Assembly: GCF_032062105.1 (NCBI RefSeq) | Contig: NW_026929714.1 | Coordinates: forward strand, 310,001-374,000 | Length of the DNA stretch: 64,000 bases | DNA from: Saccostrea cucullata | Taxonomy: Eukaryota | Direction: 5' to 3' | Translations under genes and position numbers: made by a program | Notes under the pieces: model-generated | What the model was told of the DNA's origin: nothing | The model's database searches: none | Seen by the model: only the letters and a program-made list of their open reading frames with translations | Shown: piece after piece, positions 40,001 to 51,844 of the stretch | How positions within the stretch are numbered: the first letter of the stretch is position 1 | Layout: every line of letters starts with the position of its first letter

Positions 40001-43000
40001 GTGATTTATTTCTGTAATTACCGGGTATATTTTTCCTGCGAATACCTTCCATTCTACTTCGGTTTAGAAGATAACATTTTAAGACTACATCACTGGAAAC
40101 AAAAATGCTTTGGTTTCTCAAATTCTTGCATTCATAAATAAAACAAATATCAAAATGCTAAAAGAACCCCCCTCTCTCTCTCTTGTTCTCTCTCTCTCAG
40201 TTTCACCCCTATTTATAAGAAGTTCGCTGGTCTAAAACAGTAATAGGGGAATACCAGGCCAAAGACCAACAGTGCTAAACATTGAAGAAAAAAATAAATG
40301 GCCACTTATTGTGCACAAAAAAGTGGTTTGCTCTTTTTTTTCACCATATATATATCAAAATATTAACTAACATTGAGTTTCTTACATATTCTAAATTTTA
40401 CACCATTCACAACAGAACTGCATGTGCAAGTCATGCATCAACCTAATATGACAGTACACAGGGATGGATCCAGCCATTTTAGAAAGGGGGGGGGGGTACC
40501 AGGGTTGTGCCCCTCAACCCCCCCCCTCCAAGGAAAGATTCACACACACGTTTGGAAAGATTTAATGTTGTAGTAATAATAACTTTATTTTACGTCCCTT
40601 TTTTCTTTGAAAAGGTACTGTACCCCCAGTCCAAATAAAAAAAAAACAAACACATTTTTAAAACTACCGATGCCTTAAAATTGAATGGATTTGCAGCATT
40701 TCCGAAGAGTACAAAGAATTTTCTCTTTAGAATTTGAAAAATTTTTTTGGAGTGGGGTAGAGGTGGGTTTAGCAAGGAGTTACAAGTTAGTTCCTTCAAA
40801 AGATATATGATAAAAAAAAACGGTACATACATGTATATAGCCAAAACAGCCACAGATCCTGGGAATCTAATATCAAATTAAACCTCGCATCATACATATC
40901 CAATATTATATATATATATAGATATATAAAAATAAGTAGAATATTTTCTACCATTCTCTCATAAAAAAGTAATCGTACAGGTGAATGGAGGAAACTAAAT
41001 TGGGAGAATCTATCTATTCAATACATACATGTAAAGTTAGACTACAAATATTTATTCTCGGAAAACGCTTTACCCCCTCTATCTTTCTTTCTCTCTCTCT
41101 CCACTTGGCAAAAAAATAATGGGGGAGAGGGTTCCAACCCCCAGAATCCCTCCCTCTCTGGATCCGCCAATGAGTATAATTACCTGTATATGTTACCCAA
41201 TTTTCGATGGACTCAATATATCAGGCCCGGAAGGGCTATAAACAACAGTTTGGGGAATTCTTTGTTGTGGGCGTAGTAAATGTGCCAGGAGAACACGGTT
41301 AGGAAATTGTTTAGGTGGTAGCATAATTTATATAACGGAGAAATACTGATAAATGGGAAAAGTGCGATTTTTGTGCACAATAAGCTTCCTGGACGGAAAT
41401 CCTTATTTTTTCCAGCTGCATTCCAGCGAGCTACGGATCTGTAGCTATTTTTTTTTTTTACTTTTGCAAGAGAACCATTTGCGTTAAATAGCAAAGATCG
41501 GTTATTCTAAATACATGCATAAATCTAGATAGGAAATAAAAAGGTTTTTTATGTAAGGGGGGGGGGGGGGGGTGAGCAAACAGTGAATTGAAAAGTTTCC
41601 GTGAAAATGTACACAATGACTTATATAATTTAATTCAAAATTCTACACCTATTTTTCTCTCTGACCGGCAAAATTCAACGTGGATCAGTTCATTTGTACG
41701 CAAAATTGTACATAAGTACTTCTCATTTCCATTAATATTGTAATTTCATTTTCCTGGGTTCAGAATTACATTGTATATTATTTCACGCTACATTTGTTTT
41801 TAAAACTGATGACTTACTATATATTTGATACACCCTCTATCAACCGCTTTGGATTTTGATGCAGTTTATGCATTAGAAAAGTCCATGGACAATTTAAATC
41901 GTTTACTGATACTTTTTACCAAATAACAAATAAGCCCGAGTTGCCACGAGCAGAAAACCCCTTCTCATTTAAGACTTGGAAGAAAATATCTTATTTTATA
42001 TAAAAATTCTTGAATAGGTACGTTTGATATACACAAGAACATGCACATTTTAAAATTATATTTATTATATACACATGTCATCTTTGCTAGCCTAGGGTTT
42101 CCGATCCGAAAGCTACTCTACTTGCTTTCGGATTGGAAGCCCTTGGCTTGCGAAGATGACATATATGTAGACTCAACCCAGGTTCAAACTTTTACGGAAA
42201 ATGATTGTCTACCAACTGTATTGTTCTTTATATTAGCATTTACCCCCCACCCCCCGCTTTTCATGAAAATATTGTTGCCGAGGAATTCATTGCAAAAAAA
42301 TATTACAACTGCAGATAACTTGGGACATTCTAAACCTGAATTCTACGTGATCGAAAAAAAAATGTAATTCTGCATCATTGCCCAAAGTTAAAATTTCGTT
42401 TATTTCTGATTTCCATATCCGATGTTTTATCATTGTATTCTAATCTCTGTTGAGATTCTGCTAGGCTAGATATTTGGACTGACGCCTACAGAATCTCTGG
42501 ACACTTCTTCATAATTCATGTCTGGAAATTTAGCTCCAACTTTGGCCGACTATAGCAAGAATTATTTACATAGGCAACACTACCGCTTGCTTCAATTTAG
42601 TCATTTGGTTGTTTATTTGACTCTCTGTCACTATTATTTCTACATAACTTACTGTTTAAGCATGTAAATCCCAACATAAAAAAATATTCACTGAAATCCC
42701 ATGAGCCATGTTTTGAATGGGGATTTCAGTGAATATTTTTTATGTTAGTATTTACATGCTTAAACAGTAAGTTATGTAGAAATAATAGTAACAGAGAGTC
42801 AAATAAACAACCAAATGACTAAATTGAAACGAGGGGTAGTGTTGCCTATGTAAATAATTCTTGCTATAGTCGGCCAAAGTTGGAGCTAAATTTCCAGACA
42901 TGAATTATGAAGAAGTGTCCAGAGATTCTGTAGGCGTCAGTCAAAATATCTAGCCTAGCAGAATCTCAACAGAGATTACATTGTATTTCCTTTTCTGTCA

Positions 43001-46000
43001 AAGGAAAGTTTATTCCATTCCTGCATAAGTTTTGGAATGGAAAGGGGGACAAGGGGTTTTAGCCCTCCAGCCCCCCCCCCCCCCCAAAAAAAATTTTTTT
43101 TTGCAAATACAGACATGATATAGGGATGGGAAATTATTGAAGTTTACCTTTTTTTGTTTGTTTACCCCCACCCCCCCATTTCAATTTGCTTACGACCCCT
43201 GTGTCCTGTATTCATGCATGAATATTGTGTACGTTTGAGAGAGAGAGAGAGAAAGAAGAAGAAAATATTTGGTTATAAAATATATTAACTTTTATAAAGA
43301 ATATATAATTCAAAATGTTTCATTCAATATATTCAGAGTATTTTCATCTGGGTAATATTTTCCCCAAAAATAACTGATCCCCGAACGGTCAACGAGGTAT
43401 GAAGAGATCGTTACTATTTTTAGAAAACTGGACAGGCCGGTTTCACTGATAACCGTTGTTTTCATGTCGCAGGGCGTATACGTGATGTGTTGATGTAGGC
43501 GCTGAAAGAAAACTTGGGAAAGAATGTCAATACTTTTACTTTTTATAACTCTTGTTTTTACTTATCGTATGATCCATGATCAAGCTTGTACTGTCTGGTG
43601 TCTGGTAAGCATTGTAATACGTTGTTTTAGAAATGTATTTTTCATAAGCAAAAATTCACGTGCTTGTAAAATTGTAACATTGATTTTTTATGAATTTATT
43701 ATTTTTCATAACAATTATTTTTAATGCATTCAAAAAAATTGTATTGTATTAGTTTCTGAAACTTAGCGGAAGACAGTACAAGTTTGACATATTTTGGGGG
43801 GTTTAGTGTACACACTAGGCCTTCTGTGAGCGTGTGCAATAGCCCGTGACCGCGATTGATCACATATATTTGGAATTGTAACTATCGCAGAGTAGAGAAA
43901 TATGGCGGACACCGCTTTGCTCGTTGCGTATAATAGGTTTAAGACTTTGCACGATAGCTTTAATAAAAAAGCAGCACTTTGACACTGAACTCAAGTTGTT
44001 GAACATGTTGAATGCATATATATGAAAGTAAGAAAGAATCGACTTGATACCGATCTCAACATGCAAGAACGACAAACTGCTATATAAGGTTTTCTACTTT
44101 CACTTTCAAATCAGTACGTAACAAAAAGTCAAAACAAAAAAGAAAACAAAGTAATGCCTTTAGGCTAACATGTAGGCCTACATTGTAATGTTTACATCCA
44201 TTCAGAAACAAATTTATCCAAATTTACTTACAGATTACTAACGTTATGTAGGTTTACGAAATGCATTAATTTAACAATTACAAGTAATGAGAGTGCTATA
44301 GTAATAAGTTTATACAACCTGTACCGTAATGAAAGGATATTTAAATTTTTTCCAACACCCAGCACTTCTGCTGCAGCAGTGACGTCAAACACGACGTACA
44401 ATTTCATCCGATAGAAGTCAAAACCGGTCTGGGAAAAATACGGTTTACTGAAGTAATAAACCAAACCCAAAAGATTTGAAATAAAAAGAAATTAATTTTT
44501 TATTGATCAATTTTGTCCCGGATATGCATTTTTACAGAAAAAGAAAATTGTGAAAGTTTTTTTTTATAAGGGAAAAAGGGGAGGGGGTGTTAAACAGAGT
44601 AGAACTTTAAGTGATATTGCTGACAAATTCTTTTGAATTGATCTACATTTAAATTACTATTGAGATATATTATTAAAATTGTAATTTTACTTAAGTATAC
44701 CAAGGGCAAATTAGTGAACACTGTTTCATATGATTCTCATATGACCACTGTTTCATGTGATTCTCATATGATCTCTGTCAAAATAATCGTATGATTTTTA
44801 CCTGAGTATAACAAGGACAAAGTAGTGAATATGGTTTCATATGATTCTCATATGATCAGTTTCATATGATTCTCATATGATCACTGCCAAAATGATTCTC
44901 TTATGTAGAACCTTTCATATGAGAATCATATGTATATTACTTCATATGATTAACATATGTATGATCATATGATTCTCATATGATTAGCCACATATTATTC
45001 TTATATGATTGTATATACGAGGGTTGATCCAAAACTAATGTTACAATGTCCATATCTTTTATATTTGGCGCATATTATCAAATACAATATACCAGAAGAT
45101 GCACAAATTTAAATCTAATGAACATTGAAATTTTGATTTAATAATGTTTATTTGAATTTATTTTTATAGTTGTTTAAAACATAGAACATAGGGGGTGCCA
45201 CCGCGTCACAACCGAAGGTCACAAATTAAAGTGTACTTTTTTAGAATAAAAAAGACAAACACATTAAAAAGCATATTTTAATTAGTTTAAGTTTAGTTTA
45301 GTTTAAGAAGTATTTTATTCATAATATACAAAGAGTACAATGTGAATATGGATTGAAGCATATTTTAAAAGCGACGAATCAAAAAATATTTTTAAAGACA
45401 AAACTTTACATCATTTTCTGGTTTTAAGTTGAATATTATGACTTAATTGCTATTTTTAAAAAAAAAAAAAAAAAAACATCATTGTTTTACTCCGGTGCAT
45501 TGAAAAAGGGAAATGTCGAAATGGACAAAAAAGCCAAAACAAATAGTAATGCATTTTGCTTCAAAATGGAGAAATCCCCAGTAGAGACGGTTACGTTGAT
45601 TCACAAGACTCATATCACAGAGGAAAGAATATAAATACTTGTTTAGATGGTTTCAGCGATTTCGGGTAGGCAATGAGTCATTGAATGCTCAACAGATGAC
45701 AAAAAAAACCGAAAGATGGGAGGACGGACGGAAACGTTCTTTGGTGTGTGACGTTGTCAAAAAAGACAGGCGGTTAGAGCAATATGTGAAATTTTAAGTT
45801 TGTCTTATACTACTGTTCAAATAATTTTGACAGAAGAATTAATTATGGAAAGAGTGAGTTTACGATGGGTACCAATTAAGGTTACTTTAAGAAAGTGAAA
45901 TTTGTGAACGTGTTCGTGGATCGCAAATATGCTTTTAATGAAACGAAGGGAAGTGTCTAAATGTGCATGACGGCACGTATCCGTCATATAACGTTATTTA

Positions 46001-49000
46001 GGTGCGGCGACTACCATAATCGCACGTTGTATAAAATCCGATATTTTGAAAAGTATGAATCATGTTGAATTGAAATTTTTAGGTCTGATTTGAAATAAAT
46101 GAAGATTTCATCATTAATAATTTTACTGTTTTACGTAGACGGGTAGGGATTTTATCGATGTTGTGACATTGCTTTTGGATTAACCCTCGTACATATGATT
46201 CTCATATGATCCACATATGATCTTCATATGAAAGGCATTGCATATGTGGATCATATGTGACTAAATTGCCTATGTATGGCTGTCCATTATTCCCGAGACA
46301 CGTCAAAAATAAAATTTATGAAGTACTAGTATATGAACGCCACCATAAATTCATTTAAAAAAAATCTCACATAAAGTTATTTCGAACTCCTTTCTACACA
46401 TGAGAAAAAAGAGCTCATTTTTGTCTGCAGGTTACTATTACCTTTTCACATAAAGGTATGATAATAAGAATTAATTTACATATCATTACAGACTTAATAA
46501 TCATCATTTTATTACCATAGTTAAAAAAAGACTTTAAAGTAAGTCACTGCACCATGCTAAAATAATGGAAGGCATGTGCCGGAAAAAGTTCACAGAACAT
46601 TTTCTTCAAGAACTCTGTGAAGCTTATTGAGGAGAAAAAAAGAAATATTTTATTGAATTTTGATAAGAAAGAAAAATAAGTATAATTTTACAGAATAATT
46701 TCAGATTGTGCCAGGACGTGTCCTAATGGCGGAAGCCTCAGTCATAACTGTGAAATATGTGAATGTCCTTCATCAACGATCATTGGCAGAGTGACGGACC
46801 GCACTAACTTCACACTTGATGGGGTTGAAATATTCTTGTCCTATCGTCCATGGAGTCCTATTGCTACAACAAATGTTCGTGGTGTATACACTGTATCAAA
46901 TATATGTTTCAACTCTACTTCCATCTTTGCAAAGAAAGATGGTTATTCAGTAGTATATGTTACTCCGAGAAGACTGAATACGACTCACTGGGAAGCAAAC
47001 GTTGAAATAAGAAAATTAGGTTCGTATTGAGATGATTATACTTGAATATGATAATGAAATAACCTTATCAAATGAGATTCAAGTTGGAAAAGTCAAGAAA
47101 AATTCAAAGGATGTCATTTTAAAATTCTCAAAAAATGCTCGAAAATTCAGAAAAGAGGAACAAATTTTCTCCGTGTTCTCTTATTTTTAAATGTTGGAAA
47201 TAATGAGAAAAAGACGTGACAAGTTTGAAAATATTCATTTCCGGAATACAACTGTGAAATCTCCATTTTCAAGTTCCTCTAATGATACTTAAAACATTTT
47301 CCCTTATTTATCTGTAGGTCAAGGCATTTTCATCAAAGTAAGATTATCCTGTGATATGCAAATTTATTGATTTTAACTTTTTACGTATGAATGTGAAAAT
47401 TGGTCACATTTTAAGTAATTATATGTATTGTATTTTAAAAGAGTCGAACTTTATTTTTAAATAAACTTGGATCTCTGTAAAGATTTAATTGTGTACCGGA
47501 ATGCCGTTATGAAGGCATTGCATTGAATATTTTGTTGCTCACTTTTGTAAGCATAAACATTTCATCTTCAGAAAAACCTTGGATTTCCCGAAAGCCAGTT
47601 TCCAAAATCCGATTTGTTGGCCAATCAGCCACGTTTTGCTGTCAGGCAAACGGTTTTCCCATACCCCGAGACTTTCTATGGTAAATCATTTTGATAAGAT
47701 TTTGTCTTTAAAGAAACTTTTTCTTTAAATATATATATTACTTTAACTGCAGAAATTTAGAAAAAAATCTCTATCTAAAAATAGGTTCAAAGATAATAAC
47801 ATATTACCAGGAAGGGGAACAAATGGAAATTTGGTTGTTAGTTCAATTCAGAAATCAGACGCTGGGACATACTATTGTAAAGCTACCACGGAAGCAGGAT
47901 CAGTAACATCTGAACGCATAACCTTAGATGTAAGAGGTATGAACTTGTATGATTTACACGTTTTCAACAAATTTTGATTTAATAAAAATAATTTGATAAT
48001 TGATTTTCTCAGCGCAGTATTTGCAGAAAAGAAGTTTTTACCAATTGCGAACTAAAATTTCTCTTCGCCTAACACGTGAATTGGAATTTGGATTAAGTAT
48101 TCATAATAATTATTAAAAAGAAAAAACAATATGCTTTTATTGGTTTCTAGAAGTGAAAACAATATTGGTGACGGAAAAGACAAGAGAGAAATTGCATTTT
48201 AAACAAGGAAAAAAATGTAATTTTCCTTAAACAAATAACAAAGAACTCTTTCAATAGAATTTGTCCCTGTATTTTTTTTTTGTCTAAAATTTAGAAGTGA
48301 TGTAAAAAATTAAAATTCATCCTCTCTCAATTCTTGAAATTACATGTGGTTAAACATGCAAACGTTTCTCCAATATGACTTCCTAAACTTTAATTGTGAC
48401 GTCATGAACGTGTGCATATTCCAGTACATGTACTTTCTTTTAAAGTTACAGAAGACATCAATTTCAGTTGAATTTTCTTTCAAGAAACATACTGCGAATG
48501 CATCCCTACAAAGACTTTGAGATATGTGATTTTTCAGAGCATTTTAGACAATATATCCAAAAGTTTAAGTAGGCGAGGGCTGCGGACACTGTTTTCTTAA
48601 AGAAAATGACAACATGAGTCAATTTCTGCTAAAAACTTAGAAATGATCAAATTATGGATGTCATTTTTCCAGAATGACCATCTTTCATGCTAAATGTTTT
48701 AACGATTTATCATATTCATCTACTTAACTCATGTTTTAGCCAATTTCATAACTTTTTAAGAACATTGATTTTAGGGCACAAGAAAGACCAAATCACACCT
48801 TCGTCAATAAAATTTATTTTGTCCTAAGTGTAAGAACAGCATTAAAACATCTTTTTAGATACCTTTGATGATACATGCAACTCAGTGCCAACAGTAAACG
48901 AAGAAACTCTGCCAACTGGTTGCTATTTTAATGATAACGGCAACAGAAAGTCAGTAGTTGACGTCGGAAAGTGTCCAAATAGTATATGCATTACAAGAGC

Positions 49001-51328
49001 CCTTGTTGACAACGGTACATGCGAAGACTGGTGGCCTTCTCACTGCTGTGACGTATCCCAAACAGAGACAATTGAAATAGAATGCTCTGGAGGGTTTACC
49101 TATCCGATCACCAAAGTTATTTCTTGCAAATGTCGCGAAAACGTGATAAACACTCTTCTGAATGGAATGGCGTATGGTGTTCAGAACGGTTCTAGAATTC
49201 CTTTTGTTAGAGGAGAGGTCATGATAGACGGTGAAGTGAAAGCTTTTACCTCAGCGACAGGATATTTTTCTGTCAATATAGTAGGAGAGGTTACTCGTGT
49301 TGTATTAAACTTGCGTAACGATAGATCTGGCCAACTTTTAGATACAACAAGGGTAATTGATATTTCATATGGCACAACGACCTCCATCGATATTCACGTT
49401 CCACTAAAACCGGCACCAAAACCTTTCAACACACGTATCGGTTTTGATATACCCCTCGGAACGAAGAATGGAAACTCAGCAACTACGACGTTATCCATTG
49501 CAGAAGATAGTGTTGTTGATGGAAATGGCAATGCTTTTGAAGGGACAGCTAATGCACGAGTTCATTACGTTGATCCACGGAATTTGGAAGATCTTGATGA
49601 GATGTACGGAGAGCTAAGATTTACAGACGAAGAGGGAGAGTCTATTGACTTAGAAACATTTGGTATGCTTCAGTTATCCGTAGAAGACAATTCTGGAACA
49701 CCTTTATATGTCAATGGAAAAATCAAAATTTCGCTTGATCCAGCACCTTTTAATTTGTCAAACGAAGGTGCAAATCTGCATTTGTATAGCTTAGACGTAA
49801 ACACAGGAAAGTGGGTTGATCAAGGTCTAATGGCGTACAATTCTTCCAGTGGTTCAAATCGTAAACGAAGGTCAACTGGAGGAAATCTAGAGGGTATTGT
49901 CATAGATGCTATTCCAGTTATAAAACAAACAGAGGAAGTTGATAAAATTATTCAAGTAAGCAATACCAGATTAGTATCTTCTATCAATATAAACAAAGAT
50001 AGACCTCGAATATATCGTATTATAACTGAATATGGGACTGTTGTTACTCGTGAGGATGTCACATTACAAGATGCTTGCTTTGTAAGAGTGAAGGCGTACA
50101 CTGACTTTACATTTCGCAATGTAGCTAGTGGTGTTCGAATTACAGCAGCGACAAGAACTAAAAATGGTGGGCCGTTTAGGGGACAAATGTCAATGTTTAC
50201 GAACATTAACGTTAATAATGGAATTTTATGTATGCCGATATTTTGTAATTCTGATGTGTACCTCTTTGCAGAGAAAAACGGAAAATATTACGCTTCAGAC
50301 AATCATATTTTACCCTCCGTAGCTGAGTTTGTGAACGTTGCAAATGGAACACAGGTCAAACTCAATTCAGATTATGTTAATCGGGAAGGACCAGTTTTCC
50401 TTTATCAAAGACGACCACAATGTGAAGATAACGCATTCTCTAGCTTTGTGTTTCAGTTTGCCCCTCTCTTGAAGGAAGGTGAACGTAAGTCATTGTCTAA
50501 AGATAACGTACATAATCAAATAAATTCCTGGTATACCGAACCTCCAACTAGTGCCTTCAGACGAACATGTTTCATGAAAGTGAAGGTAGTGGTAAGTATT
50601 TTTTCTTATTGTTTATTGTATGCAATAACAATTTACTCAGGAAAATAAAAATAATCCTCTTAAACCGTTTCAACTAAAAAAATAATGTGTATTTATAGTA
50701 ATAATTTAAAGATTTTCTATTTCTATAAAATATTTAAACAGAATCATATCTCTTTTAGTCCAATGAACATACTCTCCAGGCAATAGGAGTCAGTAAGATG
50801 GAATATGTTAGCAATATACCCTTTTTTGGAACTTTTCAAGCACCAATTATATGGGATGAAACTACAAATAATAGGAGAGAAAAAGCTGCTTGCATAGAAT
50901 TTCGATGTCCTGGAAGACTCATTGATGGCACCAACGTAATCAATAACATAGCCACACTTCTGAGGGTACAGATTCTGAGTCAAGAAGGTCACGTTTGCAA
51001 TATTACGTAAGATTTTACTTTATTTCAATTATACATGTTATATCAACATTGTGATTAGAAATCTTATAATAAATCCTATAAACTTATTTTTTTCAGAAAC
51101 GTGGCAAGTGGACTTAATATTACTCGTATTCCAAGCGTACTTGGTGAAGGTTTTGAGTTTCGGGCAGACCCAAACGACAATTACGGCGCAGGAATGGGTG
51201 TATTCATCCGAACGTTTCCATTTGAAACTGCAAGAGCTACATGTCGCACTGGCTTAGACTCGCCTAATATTAGCCCAATTATGAAGCCCAATTCAAATCC
51301 AGCAGTCGAATTTGAATGCTTTATCTAA
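34064..51328 (+). CDS. CILP-like protein, copy 2, 1064 aa; exons 34064-34253, 35526-35564, 35757-35933, 46705-47019, 47572-47680, 47785-47936, 48859-50591, 50759-51006, 51097-51328
   Basis: Same nine exon lengths (190, 39, 177, 315, 109, 152, 1733, 248, 232) and splice sites as copy 1, with an open frame. RKRR at 49860-49871. Intron 3 is enlarged by a 9.5-kb insertion. Confidence 0.88.
40459..41172. mobile_element. Possible short TIR element (CAGGGATGGATCCAG...CTGGATCCGCCAATG)
   Basis: Imperfect 15-bp inverted ends with adjacent G and C runs. TSD not clear. Confidence 0.4.
42076..42161. repeat. Small hairpin MITE-like repeat
   Basis: TGTCATCTTTGCTAGCCTAGGGTTTCCGATCCGAAAGC / GCTTTCGGATTGGAAGCCCTTGGCTTGCGAAGATGACA. 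Confidence 0.6.
42441..42978. mobile_element. Foldback MITE (about 260-bp arms, short spacer), TAATCTC termini, 9-10-bp TSD
   Basis: Almost entirely palindromic; flanked by CATTGTATTC and CATTGTATTT. Confidence 0.85.
45018..46189 (+). mobile_element. Internally deleted mariner element nested in the right subterminal array of the 9.5-kb element
   Basis: TA|CGAGGGTTGATCCAAAA...TTTTGGATTAACCCTCG|TA. Transposase N-terminal remnant (KSPVET; RWFQRF; [31 protein letters not shown]). No catalytic domain seen. Confidence 0.85.
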
Positions 51329-51462
51329 CAAAGATTTACAATCATTGCTTTTATGATTTTCTTTCATAATGTATTTTTAATCACTTTTCATGAATAGGGT
51401 TTCTAATTTGATCTTTTGATTTGTAATTATTTTAGCAATTTTTGTGACCAAATCAAAAGACT

Positions 51463-51593
51463 NNNNNNNNNNNNNNNNNNNNNNNNNNNNNNNNNNNNNN
51501 NNNNNNNNNNNNNNNNNNNNNNNNNNNNNNNNNNNNNNNNNNNNNNNNNNNNNNNNNNNNNNNNNNNNNNNNNNNNNNNNNNNNNNNNNNNNN
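51463..51593. other. Assembly gap (N run)
   Basis: 131 N. Confidence 0.99.
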
Positions 51594-51788
51594 ATGCTGC
51601 TACTTTTATGTACATGTTTTTTATGTTTGTAAACTAGTAAAATGTGTATTGAAAATAATCAAGTAAAATTTCCACCAACAATACCTTATTAATTTAATGA
51701 TACTCTGAAAATAATTTAATTTAAGAAATTTTAATTGAGAAATAAATCAAAAGAAGATGTTATGCCTTCTCTTTCCCATTAAGTTTTT

Positions 51789-51822
<34 letters not shown>

Positions 51823-51844
51823 TATGAGTGTTTTAATTCCCTCC

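Larger units (their letters stand above)
39066..43959. mobile_element. 4.9-kb Kolobok-like non-autonomous element (TTAA TSD, AG...CT ends, about 210-bp TIRs) nested in the 9.5-kb element
   Basis: TTAA|AGCTATCGTGCAAAG...CTTTGCACGATAGCT|TTAA. 39066-39273 and about 43753-43959 are near-identical inverted arms. Confidence 0.8.
36780..46274. mobile_element. 9.5-kb TA-flanked TIR element with CATATG subterminal arrays, inserted in intron 3 of copy 2
   Basis: Empty site in copy 1 (AATC-TA-TGGCTGTCC, about 5500). TA duplicated at 36778-36779 and 46275-46276. Imperfect 25-bp TIRs (TACAGGCAACTAAGCCACATATGAT vs CATAGGCAATTTAGTCACATATGAT). Dense CATATGATTCT repeats at 36796-37110, 44725-45010 and 46192-46260. 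Confidence 0.85.
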
